Positions 26,601 through 41,800 of a DNA stretch of 64,000 bases are shown here, one piece after another; within the stretch, counting starts at the first letter, position 1, and every line of letters starts with the position of its first letter. Source of the DNA: Auanema rhodensis (taxonomy: Eukaryota; Animalia; Nematoda); NCBI GenBank assembly GCA_964057225.1, contig OZ059899.1, positions 7,626,001-7,690,000 of the forward strand. The letters are read 5' to 3'. Under the pieces are notes generated by a model. That model made no database searches. It saw only the letters and a program-made list of their open reading frames with translations, and was not told where the DNA came from. Position numbers and translations under genes: made by a program.

Positions 26601-29600
26601 ACAAAACATATTTATATAATATTTATTATAATCTTTTACTTACATTTGCAGGAGCAGCAAAACGGAATAATCTTTTGAGATCATCAGGGTTTGTAACTTG
26701 ATCAATTTTCTTCATTTCTTCAGTAACAGCAAAAGCTCTATCTACAGTTTCTTTAGCAGTTTTTGTTAATTGTTTTAATGTTTCGTGAGAAACAAGCGAA
26801 TCAATCTTACAAAAAAAAACATTTATAAATGAAATAACTTTTTATTCAATTACCTCAGCAAATGAAGTATGATTCACAGTTAATCGAGCATCTGCCATAA
26901 TAGCTCCAATACTATTGCTAGCTGTACATGAGTATAATCCTTCGTATTGACGAGTAGCATGTGGTATAGTAACTTCATTTCCATCAGCAGATATCTAAAT
27001 CAAATGTTTTAATTTGAATAAGTAATTATTTCAAATTAAACTTACTATAAATCTTCCGGCACTAGGTTTAATAACAGTTCCTTCAAAGAACCAGGTCAGA
27101 GATGGTTGAGGCACACCTCGAGCTCTACAACGGAATGTTACCTGAAATTAGGCTGATAAACTAGATTTTCATTAAAACTTTAACATACAGGTTGTCCAAG
27201 GTTTGCAGTAGTTGCTACAGGTGCATCAACGATAGTAGGTGGAACACTAGCAACCAATTGAAGACGTACAGTATGTTCAACTCTTCCATGAATATTTACT
27301 CCACTACATGAATAACTATAAAATTATGTTTAAATATTATAGAGAAAGAATAATGTACCTTCCTACATCACCTTCTAAAAATGGAAAAATTTTAAGCATC
27401 GTATTGCCATTAGTTAATTCATATTTTTTTGAATTTTCAATTGTCTAAATATGTAAATATAATTACTTACAATAATTATTTAAAAACATACTTGTCTACG
27501 ATGTTGCCAAGTAATCACAGGTTCAGGATCTCCTTTAATTTCACAAAATACTTTAACAACAGTTCCTTCTCTTAAATTGATTATTAAATATAAATATTTA
27601 TAAGAATGACCTTACCTATGAGCACTATCTTTAGGTTTGTGTTGGAAATATGGAGATTTTCCATTACTATGGCGACGATATGTAGTGTGTCTTACATCTC
27701 TATTAAAAAATTATATTAATTATATTAATTTTAATAAAATATCAAACCTTTTATGGATAGGCTCATAATCATATGCACAGCTTATTACATGCAAATTTTC
27801 ACTTCCAATTGGTAATACAATCTCACCAGCTTTTGTATGTTCAAAATCACTTACGTATACTTCTTGTTTTCTGAATATATTTCATATTTTATCAAATATT
27901 TAATATAATTTTACTTTCGAACTAAGACTACAGATGCTCCATCAATTGGTTCACAGAAAATAAGCATATTTTCATCTTTAATCTCTTTTCTTGGACTTGT
28001 ACAGTACATCGCTCCATCTTCAACCTTAACAAATATATTTAAAATGTATTTTAATTAGTTAAAGACATACGTCATCCATGCTAATGCTACGTAGCTCAAT
28101 TGGATAAAAGCATGTTGCATCAGATCCATATAAGTTCAATGCTTCAGCTAACCATTGTATTCTTAACAAATAATTTTAGTTAAGAATAAACGATTATTAG
28201 CTATACCTGCAATCGCAATTCCATGGATTTGCATGTAATCGAAGAATGGCCAATTTATGATTATTAGAGAATGTTCCTTCATATAAAGTACTAATACTGT
28301 TTTTTGAAAAATCTAGTTGCACTAGATCGTGTAGAAAAGAGAAGACTTTACGATCTATACGTTGAATTCGATTGAAAGCCAAATCAAGAGACACAAGAGG
28401 TGATGGCTTAGATGCCAAGGAAAGAACATAAGCCAATCGGTTATGCGAAAGAACAAGACGTCTAAGATTTGGAGCAAAATCCAAAATATTCTAAATATAT
28501 TATTATAATTAATATATTAATATTTTATTTTTATTTTTACCTCATCTACATGATTAATATCATTATCAGTTAAGATTAAATTACGCAGTTGAGGAAGATT
28601 AGCAACATCTGTTATCAAAAGTTGTGTTAATTTATTTCCTTTCAATATAACAGATTGAATATCTTTTGGAATTTCAAGTGGAAACGATGTAAAACCTAAA
28701 TATTTAATTTAATTTTGTTATAATTATATATTTTACCAGAATTAGCACAATCAGCAGTGTTTCCAAGACATTTACATTTTTCAGGACATGCCGTCACTGA
28801 TATGGCCAATATGGCCAAGCCAATTAATAACATCAGCTTTAATACTTAAAATAAAAAAAATAATTATACATAAAAACAATAAAAAATAAACATAAACGCA
28901 ATATTTTTTTATAAAAAAAAATAAGAAAATCATTTTTAATTTGAAATCGATTAGAGCGGTTGTATTATTAGAACATTAACTCATGTATCATAATAGAAAT
29001 ATAATATAAATATTAAATAAATGTTAACTATATTCTATATATAGTTAAGAAATAATTCAATTCAATTCGAACTATGTATGTGATACATGCAAATTTCTGA
29101 AGCGTTCCAAAAGATAAATCATCTTGAAATAAGGGAGTTGTGAAACGACCATTAATCTTGTGAAATACACAAACAAAGACATTGTGAATATTTTTTCAAT
29201 TGTCATACGGTAGCTGTTTCAAACATTAAGAGAATGAAATGAAGTGAAATGTCAGAACTGAACTGAATTTTGGATGAAAAAGAAAATGGGAGAAGGGTTG
29301 ATTATGAGGGAAAAACGTAGTTGAACTTTCGACTGTCTCTCACTTTCGTATATTTCTCTCATTTTTTTATTTCGAAAAGAGCAAGAAGCAGATATATAAT
29401 GATGATGCAATCCGTAGACAGGAATACAACTGCAGACAAGAACTGATGAATGATATGAAAAAAGAGTCAATTGCCCTCTGAAGCTGATAGAGGATGATGA
29501 ATGTGCTATAGTAGATAGTTCCAGGTATCTCTTTGAGCAAGTCAATGAGCAGAATATGTTAGTCACGCCTCCTTGTCCTTTAGTTTGAACAGAGAAGTAG

Positions 29601-29822
29601 AACAAAATTGTTTTTCTCTATAATCTATATCAAATACATAATATATAACTAATTTACACTATAGAACATATTATATATATACAGTTATATGCTCGAAGGA
29701 CAACAGATGGCTTTTGTGAGTTTTGAACAGAGATACATCTATGTAATGTATTTGATATACCTAAATAGTAATCACACATAACTTACTAGCTCAACTTGAG
29801 GAGCACAGATGGCCATCAGCAT
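23662..29822 (-). CDS. PXDN: Peroxidasin (LRR + Ig + heme peroxidase)
   Basis: Signal peptide and LRRNT ([25 protein letters not shown] 28833). A likely extra first exon at 29787-29822 ([12 protein letters not shown]|gtaagt) splices in frame. LRRs end in NPWNCDC; Ig domains lie at ~26850-27560. Peroxidase motifs are YDGQCNN, WGQWTDHDL (distal His), [14 protein letters not shown] (proximal His) and NIQRGRDH. Stop at 23662-23664. pxn-1 versus pxn-2 orthology is not resolved. Confidence 0.93.
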
Positions 29823-32800
29823 TCCGCTGCTGTTGCTTCTGCCCGTTTTACCGCTTGCCGACGCCATACCTACCGTTGTATGACCTATCATTCTATCTAT
29901 CTATTAGAAATTAAAGTAAAATATCAAATAAAATTAATATTTTTTGATGAATCTTTCCGAATTCCGGAAGATATTACAAGAAATTCATGAAACAAGTGGA
30001 TATCTATACTGAGAACTCTCAACATTTGCCTTTTTCTTTTGTTCAAAGAAAATTAAAAAAATTGGATAACTGCCTTCATTGTTAAGTGTTGATTCCATTC
30101 ATTTGTCACATAACCTTTTCTTTAGCTATTCAATAGAACATTCAGTTTGTTCTGATTGTTCAATGAATTACCTTAATTTTATAAAATTAAAACTTTAAAT
30201 GAAGATAGTAAATATTATTTTATATTTTATAAATATATTATATTATAATTATAAATTTTTAAAATTTAAAAATTATTGATTCTGAACTAAAATCTATTTA
30301 TATAGCATATCCTTGGGAAATAAGCTTTATTAAAGCATATTCTTTGTAAGGAAATAGCTCAAGGACAATGTATCCTTATTACCAACGAAGCGAGAAAACT
30401 AATTTAAGGACGGCATAGTCATCATTTCCGTTCTCGTCAAACATTGAAATTTCAAATTCAAATTCAGATATGACAGTTGAACTTTTTTCTTTTTTTTTTT
30501 AATTATTTTATATAAATTAAATATATGTTTATATACTATATACTATATATATCTTGACTATTAGATATTTGTATTTAGAGAATGACCATATGAGTATGAA
30601 CATGAAGATGATGATGGTGTCCTCGTCTATTCTCGACTCTAAATCTTACATTTATCCTTCTTCAATTCTTTTCTTTAATACACTTCTTGGCAAGGTCATA
30701 CATGGACATTGAAACATCTTACCTGTAGTAATTCAAAACTCATAGACTCCACCTATTTATTTTTCTTCAATAAAAACAAAACAAAAATTTATGAATTAAC
30801 GTTTACATAGTAATTAAAGAATAATTTATATATTTTCTTAATATTTTACATTTTGTTAGTTTGTATTTCATTTAACAGCTAGTAAAACGATTTTACCGTC
30901 TTTTCTTTGACTTTTTTTTCTTTTTTTTCTCCGCATGAGATTATAACGAACTAGTTATATAAGCAAAACAAGCTTATACAAATTGTAAAGCAAGTAGTAA
31001 TAGTAATAATACTATAACATCATCATTTTTACAATTTAACAAAAGATTTTGTACTCTCTTATATTTTTTCTTATAACTTTAAGAAAATTTCTTTTATATT
31101 TCTATATATTAGATAAATTAACTGTTTTTTTATTTTATAATTCAAAATAAGTAGTAATCTCGAATACATCATTAACATGAACTGAACAATCAGAATCAAG
31201 TGAGAATATCGAGAAGTGACTTTTTACCTTTTACCTCAACTCATTCTCATTCTTAATTACTGTCAGCTTGACAGCCCTTATAAAGCAGTCTAGCGCTACA
31301 TCAGTTACTCCTTTTCATTACCGTCATCATCATCCTCGGCTTTCACGTTTTTTGAATTTACGAGTTTCTGCCGTCTCAATCTCAATTACAATGCAGCTTC
31401 CTTCCTACTACATATGACCTCAACCGTATTATGATGTTGCCCATTCAACGTGGCACACACAATTATCTAGGAATATGGAACAGGCTGACTTTGGCTACAT
31501 GTGCAGGTCATCTGTCTCTTTCTTAGCCAAAAACCGCAATCTTCGTTGTGGTTATCGTTGTAGGCAAATTGACACGCAGTAAGAATAAATTCGTACATCA
31601 TGAAATTTCTCCAGCAGTCCTGATCACCATCATCATTGGCATTATCTTCTGCAATTCTGAATTCTTGGCCTTCAACGTTTTTTTTTGTGTAATTCCTGTT
31701 ATTAAAACTTTTCGTTCACGTTTCCGCCTTTTCTTTACTGTTTAGCGCAGTTTCTGATGTTTTTCATTTCCGTTTACTTGAATGATATATGTAAATAGGA
31801 TACTTTCATATATACCGCTTAGGTGTGGTAAATGTCAACTCATCTAATCTTAGTTTCTCATCCATTTCCATTTCTATTCATCAGAATATGCCTTAACGAT
31901 GATTGAATTTGCTTCAGTTTTCTCTGGCAACTCACGGCAGCTGATACGGTAATTATGCGCTTGAGATGACACCAAGCTATTCAGATATTTGATATTTCTT
32001 GTCTTCTCGTCCATTCAAAAGATTTTTCTCGCATCATAGATCACCAATACCCTTTTTATACTATTATAGTTAAATACATATACATATAGTAATATAACTG
32101 TAAAAGAACCATATGTCTAAACAATTAAGAATAGCAACGGTTCACCGATTAAGTTATGATTGTACTCAAAACAACATGGTTCATAACATTTCATGATTTC
32201 TAAAAACCTCAAAATAAGTTTAAGTCCTTGCATTACTTCTTATAATTAATTTCTTATAATTATGAATATTCTTTTTGTTGTTTTTGGCCTTTTTTTTTCT
32301 TTTATTTTTCTTTGATACTAACGACACCTTACATCTCTTTCTCGTCAGTTCAATTACCGACATATGTATTTCTTCCGAAGAATAATGGTATGAAGACCAT
32401 AAAGAAACAACTAAGAGAAACCTAGTAACAGATATATTCTTTCTGAAACATCCGAAAGAGGTTTTTACCATAATTAGTGTGTAGATGTGTGAGTACATGT
32501 CAGTTCTTTACTATATGTAACCACATATTATCTCTACTTTTCTCATTATAATATATTAAGAAAAGATGTTATTCTCATCTTTATAACTGAAAAATCTTTT
32601 TTATTTACAAATTTTTTCAAAAAATATTCTTATTTTCTTATATAATAATGAAAAATAGTTTACTAATATAATATGTTAGCTATGATGCATGTTTTGTCAT
32701 TTATTTTCAAAAGTATATCTGGATTTCTATCATTGTAGTTAGCCATTATCCTCGTAAACGTTAAAAACATATCAAAAATGTCTGTAAAATCAACATTGTG

Positions 32801-33572
32801 ACAGATGTTTGCCTTTTTCTTTTCTGAAATTCCCTTATTTATTGGTGAGGAAACGTGAAGATATAATAGTTCCGGTAGATGTATTCTGATGTTGGGCAAT
32901 TGCCGATGGATCATGTCCAGAAGAAAGTGATCGGAAAAGAACTGTGAAAGATTGAAGGCAACAACTAAAAAGAAAAAATGTAAGGAAGATCTATGAAAGT
33001 GTTATGCATAAGCCACATGCCTATTCCCTTCACTTTTTTTCTTTTCTATATAGAAAAATGAAAAGTTTGTCTTTCCTTAATCGGAAGATTTCCTTTTCGC
33101 CGTTCTAACTCATTCCATCTCATCCTCCTATCGTTTTCTCTAGAATTAAGACAAGTTGAAACCTTGAAACTGTCAGTCAATCTTTTTAAATAGACTTCAA
33201 AATACAAAAATTTCAACTTTCCTTGAGGCATTCGTCAGCCATCTTTTTATGAAATATGCCGAATAGTACTTTGACAACTAATAAGTAGTCTGTCAAAGAA
33301 CTCAATCGAGATTTTCAATCTGGCCATTCCATTTGCAACAACTGATTGACGACAGTTTCTTACATTTGTCACAATTTGGCCCTGATGTATGCTGATGTTA
33401 GTAAAAAATGTCCATAATAGGCTGGTTTTCTCAGCTTTCAGTAACTGCTGTTTCCATATATTTAGCCGAATGTCAATCAAACTGCCATGTGTTTTCCTTG
33501 ATACCCAAGATCTATTTGAGAATTTTTTTCCAAATCGCATGTTCAATTCTTTTTTTAAATTGTTATATTACA

Positions 33573-33573
<1 letters not shown>

Positions 33574-33619
<46 letters not shown>
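33574..33619. repeat. (TA)n microsatellite
   Basis: Directly visible. Confidence 0.95.
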
Positions 33620-33623
<4 letters not shown>

Positions 33624-34387
33624 TAACTATAGATATAATAAATGGACTGATATCAAAATATATTCATACCCACATAGCTTCTTCACTAACTTTCTGAGTA
33701 TTACCTCTCAGTTACAGCTCAATAACAAATTATATTTGTTGTTTCAGATCCTTTCTACTACTTTTGGCATAATAATACACAAATAAACAAAAGCACTTTG
33801 ATTATAACAGCTTCTTCTCTTCACTGTTCCTCTTTCTTGTAATATTATATGTCAATATACCTTTAAGATCCGGTGACCTAGTACCTCTAGATGTCTGTCT
33901 TCACGTAACTATTCTTCTCAAATTCCATCATATGAAAACACATTCTTATCCTCTAAATTTAATTCTAAACCCTTAAATACTACTACAAGAATCCAAGTCT
34001 TATGCATATTATCCACAAGATCACTATTTTCCCGTTATATTGACCTTCTCTACCATTTTCATGATTTTCTTCTGAACTTCTTCATGACTTCCAGCAGATA
34101 GAGGTCGTCGTACAGGAGACATTTCCACTTGACTGACTTTCTTGAGTTATATTCTTGCCATTTGAAGAAAAAAAGAAAGAGAACTTACATCATCATAGCG
34201 AGTTATAAAAAATCTTCGATAGATATTCAATTTCAATAGTTCAATTGAATTTCATTCATCCATTATAAACAACATACAACTTAAAATTATAATTTCTTCA
34301 TTTAGCAATAGTTCAGTGTATAATATTCTTCACACTATATGTGTGATATATAGTAAGAATACATATGCGAATATTTGAAAATCATAC

Positions 34388-34392
<5 letters not shown>

Positions 34393-34447
<55 letters not shown>
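34393..34447. repeat. (TC)n microsatellite followed by a short (TG)n
   Basis: Directly visible. Confidence 0.95.
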
Positions 34448-35650
34448 AACTTATAGGAGTATTCTTTTAATTTTCTTTAAATTTCAAAGTTTAAACAAAT
34501 ATATTTTTTATTTTGTGATTCTTTTTTAACTAATCTTAGCCTATTTCACATAAACAAGAATATTCAATTTTTCTATAATGTTCTCAAGATCAGGATGTCA
34601 TGACTGTGAACGTGACACTTCTTCTGAATTTCATCATTTTGCTCTAAAGAATTAAAAAAATAGTTTATTATGAAAACGTTTCCTATTTTAATTAGCAATT
34701 TATATAAATTTATTTAATTATATTATATAAATTATAGTATTAGTACAATTTATACAATATTTTCTTACTATTCTAACTGTCTGTACTATACACTTATTAT
34801 TCTTTTTAAAGAAAGAGAAAATAGAAAGTAAAGCGGAAAAGGAAAGTTTTTTTTCAGATGAATTTATTTTCTTTTGTACAACTTTTGCTGAAAGCTAATT
34901 ATATAGATCAGGCTTTTAATATTAGTTATAAGCAACTCTTGCTGGTGGTTATAGGAAATCCAGCTTGATTCTTCCGACTGATCGCATTTCGAACAACCTA
35001 AGTTTTAAAGATCATACAAAATTTTCATGTCCTACAACTTGTCAAAGCTATTATCCTATGACTATTCTCACAGATCGTCAAAAGCTGAAATTCGAAATTC
35101 TTTTCGATTTTAAAAAATACTAGAAGTCAACTATATATTCCCTGTTAATATAATTTGATTACTTAAACTATCTGGATAAAACTTATCAGATCAAAATTAT
35201 TTTTTGATGTTTATAATATTTAAATATTTCAAATATTAAAATTAATTTCAAATACTGTTTATATGCATAGTAAACTAATATTTACTCACTTATTTTATAT
35301 ATTTGAATTGTGCATGCCTGTGTTCAAAGTAGTTCTCCTACTATTACCTTGACCAATTTAACAACTGTTATTTCATTTCATGAATGTACTATATCTTAAA
35401 GATCTAAGTTCAAATATATGAAATACTGCTTTCAATCCAACTAAATTATATTCTTACATGGCATATTGTGTCGAGAGTATACCATATCATATATATTTTA
35501 CTTTTATTTTTTCACTTGTTCTATTTATTTTTACAATTGAAAAATATCACATTGATGTCTGATATTTTAAATTTATTTTTTAATCTACTTTTTTGATAAA
35601 ATTTCAATTTTATAGAATTATTAGCTGACAATTGGTCAAACACGTTTTGC

Positions 35651-38076
35651 ATGGGTTCTTGGAAGTATTCTACCGTATACTTCATATTACTTCTGTTCAT
35701 ACCAGTATGATAAATAAAAAATTGAAATTATTAATTATATTTATTAATATCTATTTCAGCCTTTAGTATATTGTGACTTTGAGAATAATGAAATAATTGG
35801 TCATCCAGAAATTTTATGTAATTCAGATACTATTGATATGCAATTCAAGACACGTAAACCGTTTACAGGTAAGATAACAAATCTTAACTATGTATATATA
35901 TATTTTAAATATGTTCTAGGTAAAGTATTTGTTAGGGGATATTATAATAATCCAGAATGTCGAGTCGATTATGGACGGAGAACCCGAGACGGTCGACCCG
36001 TTGGTGGCATACGCCTCAACCACGGAGCGTGTAATATGGATCGTCAAAGAATGGTTTGATATTAAGAATCCGTATATTTAAAAATGATATAAAATTCTTA
36101 TATAGTTGAAAGTATACTGCAAAATGCTTGAATTTTTTGAGAATCAACATAACCTACCGAGCAATTTATTAATCTAACAAGAAAAATGTTTTTAATCGGT
36201 TTCATCTAAATATTTAATTTTAAAAATTCTTTTTAAAAAAAAATATATATGCAATAAATTCAATCATAAAAGTTTTGATAGCTTATGTTCATAAATGTAA
36301 ATGAGAAGGTTCTGATCATTTCATTTACTATGTGATTTTTTTGATGAACGGTTGTATTTCAACATAATCAAATATTTTTTTAGATAACTCCAGAAGGAAT
36401 GATGTTTTCAACTGTTTTGATCATTAGTTTTCATCCAGTATGTCTATTTATTTTATTTTTATTATCAAAATCATTTCAGCTATTTGTTACTAAAATGGAT
36501 AAAGCTTATCATATCAAATGTATGTATCGAGAATCTGTACGAACAGTTCAAGCTGCTTTGGATGTTAGGTATGTATTTCATTATAACATATTAAACATAT
36601 AAATTATTATACATATGTATCTAAACAAAAATATAATAACGTAATATAACTGAATGAAAGCAAATTTGCGATAAATAAATGTTCGATAACTAATCCAACA
36701 TTACATATATGTATTGTACATATATATGTATAAATATAATATTTATATTCACATATATATAACTGTGTATGTAATTGATACTAAGTACTAATTCCTTATA
36801 AATACTTTTTTGATTTTACTTTCAATACAGTTTTCCCATCATTTCTATCAAGAATGGATTACTAAATGAAAATCTAGTGTTGTCATTTACTCTTTTCAAA
36901 TATATACATCCCATTTAAATCTGATAGAAATACTATATTCCAATGTTATACCTATTGAATATACTTTATTTTTTTATATGGTAAGAATATATTTCATATA
37001 TAATACTTTTGAACAAAAAAAAAGAAAAAAATTATTAATTATTTTCCTTATCCTCATATTTATTTTAGTGCATTACCTACGGAGGCTATTGAATCCGATG
37101 TACCGATGCCCACATGTACTTATACAATTCGAAAAGATTCTTTGGATGGACCAATTCTACAAATTGCAAGAGTTGGAGATCAAGTAGTACATCGCTGGCA
37201 ATGTGATTCAGGTTTGTTTTTTAATTTAAAAAAAAAAGAACTATGAATTCCAGATGAGTATGGTGTTCTTGTTCATAACTGCTTTGTGGAAGATGGACAT
37301 GGTCAAAAACATTTGATTATTGATGACAATGGGTATAATACATATTTGGTTCAGTATTCATTTCATGACTTAATAGATGTCATACTGATCGTCTTTTACT
37401 TGGAGATCCTACATATGTGGAAGCACTAAACATGGCTTATAGAGAATCGTTTGTTTTCAAATTTGCTGATCGTATTGATGTTCGCTTTCAATGTGAAATT
37501 CGTCTGTGTCTGAAAGATGATGGTGGATGTGATGGAATCACAGTAAGCTCCCTTTCATACTTTTGCAAATGCATTTTTGAAAATTCTAGCCACCTTTGTG
37601 TTATGAATCCAACAAGTTATTCCCTGAAGCTCCTGCCCTAAAAATGAACCAAACTGTAAGCTTTAATAATATCAGGATATATATTTCGATAATTTTGAAT
37701 ATAGATTGCTAAAAGGGCTCGAAGAGCAACAAAGATAGGTGATTTTATTTCACAAACAGTTTATGTAATGGATAAAGAAGATGGAGAAGAAAAACGAAAA
37801 GATTCAAAAAGTTAGTTAACTTCAAGATTTTATTTTGAACCACTCAAATGTTATAGGCTCTATAATGCCTTTAGAAGCAGCACCAGCTGTTTGTATGGCA
37901 CAGCGGTCACTAATCTTTCTGGCTACATGTATGTCCATGTCTCTATTACTATCTGGAACATTAGGATTATATATATTATACAAGAGATATTCTAGGTACA
38001 CATAACAGAAGTATAAAATTTAAAGAATTATTTCAGTTTCCCAACTACATTTCAAAAAGCAGCAAATTATTTTTGA
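35651..38076 (+). CDS. Cuticlin-like ZP-domain protein (cut/cutl family)
   Basis: Signal peptide MGSWKYSTVYFILLLFIP; ZP motifs FKTRKPFTGKVFVRGYY, ISFHPLFVTKMDKAYHIKCMY, PMPTCTYTIR, GDQVVHRWQCD and FKFADRIDVRFQCEIRLC; furin-type site AKRARR (~37708-37725); TM segment at ~37910-37980; stop TGA 38074-38076. Confidence 0.92.
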
Positions 38077-38880
38077 ATAGGCTATAGATTTCGAATTAAT
38101 TATTATCACAATGATAACAAAATTTCTCAAAGAGATGCAATTACACTTTTTTTTCTTTTTCTTTTTTTCAAAAAGTTGTACATTGTAAATACGACATTGA
38201 GATGCAGGTTTCACTATGTTTTAATTTGTTTTGTTCACTGAATCTCGACCGAATGTTTTTTTATTTAAACTGTATCGCCCAACTCAAAAAAGATTATAAA
38301 ATAAAATGAGGAAGGTGTTTTGTTTTTCAATAATTCAACAAAGATTTTATGTAAATGTTCTACCTTTAGATATGTACATTACAATATTTTTTATATTGAA
38401 AATAAAGAAATTTAAAAAAAAGAAATGTTATACAAGAAATTCATGAAATGGAATTGAAAAGTACCAATTTGCATCAAATTTTCGATTTTCATTAAGTTTA
38501 TAGCAATAAAAGTATCAACAAATACTATTATACACCTTCAAGATCTAGCAAATAATATTCCAAAATGAAGAATTAACATTAGAACATTAACACAAATAAT
38601 GTAAACCAATTATATGACTTTAGTATTATGCCACATAAATTCATGGTTAAGTTTCTTGAAACCTTATTTATAACTTTTATTTAACGTCAACAAAACTCAT
38701 TTATTATAAAGATTTTGACGATTTTTCACATATTCCTAGAAAACATTGTATATAACAGAATAAAAAATGGAGATCATCTCTAAAAATGTGGTTGAACCGT
38801 TGCAATCACCCAAAAACCAATCCAGCATGTATTGATAAGAATAAGAACTGACCAGAATGCAGTTCCAACTATTATTAGTC

Positions 38881-41800
38881 TTAATCTCTATTTACTTCAA
38901 TCGACAAGCAATTTTTGATTAAATATAAAAGTTTCTTCTCACTCGAATCACAGTCAACAACCTAAACGGCAAGGTTCGAAGTGTAAATGGTAAAAACAAA
39001 TCATACCAACGGATTCAAAGCCATCCTGTTTTTGGCTAAACTATATACCCGCATAAGAAGTTGAGTAACGTCAGCTGATAGTTGAGGAAAAACCTTAAAA
39101 TTAAAATGAATCCTATTATCCAAAGTATTCAATATACCGTATTTATTTCTGATAATGTTGGAACTATTTTCAAGAACAACTGAATATTAATCGAAGCTTC
39201 GCAAAACCTGAAAACATAGATATAACAAATAGAATAGTACATATAATACCGTAATAAAGTATGCAACACATCAAGTATTAATTCTGTAGAAGCACAAGTT
39301 GCAGCGATTCGGTACTGAAATAAATCAACTTTTCACAATAGCAAAGAGTGAAAACCTTTTTAGAAATGTGAATCATTAATGATATAGCAAAGACACGTCT
39401 CTTGATATCAGGAAGCGAAAGCATTTCCTACAATAAATTATATATTTCAAAAAAGCAAAGTTCTTACCAAAAGATAGTCTCTGGCCACAAACATGGAAGG
39501 AACATCTTCTACCAAATGAGGTACCATATGTAGGGGGAAAGTCTAAAATCATAAAATATAAGAAAAGACACAGTAAAAATACCTGGAAGAGAATAAGTTT
39601 CAACATATTCTTGTCCATAATGAATAATTGATGAATATATTCACAAGCAATTTTCCTAACTAATCGCCGCCTTCGTTGAGCTGCGGGATTTTCCTCATCT
39701 TGAAAATAAGTAAATTGTAATAGATCACTTGCATAAAATACCATGCATTCTTTCTGGATCTGAAACCTCAACAAGTAATTGTACAAGCAAGGATCCTCTT
39801 GTGTGATCAAGTGCTATTGATAAAGCATCTCTCTCTTGCCTCTCAGATTCACTAAAAATAATAATAGAAGCTTTGGAATCCAACCATATATATATATACT
39901 GACCCCAAAGAACAATTCGCGGTATGTACACTTCGCATTAGTTGATTTTTGCTGGCAGCAACAAAAAATGAAAGCATTCGAATAAAACAAGAAAAGTGCT
40001 GAGGTGAGCTCAAAATTCGCCTAAATTTCTAAGTATGTATTGAAATTCAAAAATACAAATACCTATCACATCTGAAAAGAAGAGTAGGGTACTCATAGAT
40101 ATCAGATAATTGAACTTCTCCTCTCTTGATGCACTCAACCCAACATATAGAAGATTTCTAAAAGTATACAAAAAATTAAAGAATAATAAGTAAAATTACC
40201 TCATAAAGCATTCTTGGAACAATATTCTCTAATCGACTCCATAGCATTATTACACTATCTACATGAGGCAAGAATGTATCAGAGTCCAAAGAAATAAGAA
40301 AGAGTTCCACAATTGCAGGCAACTGTCGAACCTAGTAAATATTATGTTTTTTAAAAAGAAATAAAAAGTTCATACTAAATCGGATAGAGGTGATGCATCA
40401 AGAATTTTGACCACTTTTCGAATCTCTTTGTCGTGAACCATTCTGACTAACTGAAAAATATATTCGCATACCATTGGTAATGGTTATGTTACTTCTGCTG
40501 ATGTGAAGGGAAGTGAAACACCATTCTTCGGTAATCGAGCAATTTCCACGCTATCTACAGTTGGTAACATATATGGGAATATGTCTGTGGCTAATCGAAT
40601 CTAAAGATTAAAAAAAAGAGTTAAATATATAAAGAAACATTACCAGAGATGTTCTAGCAGCAGAATAATGGCTTCCTCTACACTCAACTATACTCAACAA
40701 GAATCTAATAGGAATTCTGCTGTAAATATCTTCAAAGAAAACCTGAACTTATAATAATTTGAAAGTATCAAATAATATTAAAATACATCAACAGCGCTAA
40801 TTCCTAACTGGTCCAGTTGAGAACGGTACGATAAAAGAAACAAGAGAGTAACAACGCGGGCTGTGAGCAGATTTTCATTAAGAATATCTCCTTCGTACAA
40901 ATCCTAAACGCATCATGATAGAGAAAAGCAAATCAAAAGAATCAACGTACGTCTATGAATTTTCTGCTCAGTCCAGATCGTTTTGCTCTGGCGGATTCAG
41001 CAGCGAATCTATCGACCACTTCAGCAAGAACATTATGAACAGGGACAGAAGATGCAAGAATTTGTTTCTCTAACCAAGGCTACATTAACAAAACGATTAA
41101 TTAAGAATGATGTATTAAGTATACCGCTAAGTCCACATTACACCTGGAAAAAGTGCCAGAGCATAAGAGTTCATGAACCGAATGAATAGGTGATCGACCA
41201 GAAAATTCAGAATTTAAGTTAACACTAACCGGTAGGGAAGCACATCTGTAAAACGGTCCAATAATAACATATTTGTAGAATAATTCAAACCTTATGGCTA
41301 ATTCTGATTCTGACAAGCAAGATGTAAAGAACAGAGTACGAAGAGTTTGAATATGTCTCGGGGGTATTGTTACTTTAGTTTTGAAGGTGCTAAGAAGATA
41401 TGCTTTGAGATAATCAGTTCGTAATCCTGAGAGACAAACACCAACATATACTAGAGTAATTCGAAGGGTTTGCCGATATTCTTTAGTTACTTCCTTGAAT
41501 AAACAAAGTAAACAATAAATTATTATGCATTAACACTCACAGAAGCTAGGTGCTTAAGAAAAGCAACAATCATATCTTCCATTTTATTTGGAGTTATCTG
41601 ATTCTGAGGAGACCTACAAAAATTACCAATATTTGAACTTTCAAGTGTGCTTACGTTGTTAATGAATGAATAGCCAAAAGTGAAGCCAATGCCAACTCCA
41701 AATAAGCATCATTCTCAATATTAAGTCTACATATAAAAGAACACAAAACATTCAGATGTTCAGCAGAAGGTTTCATAGTACAATTCATTTGCAATGTCAT

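Noticed and set aside
38971-38982. GGTTCGAA tRNA B-box-like motif
   Set aside because: It lies in a short INTS2 intron with no A box or cloverleaf.
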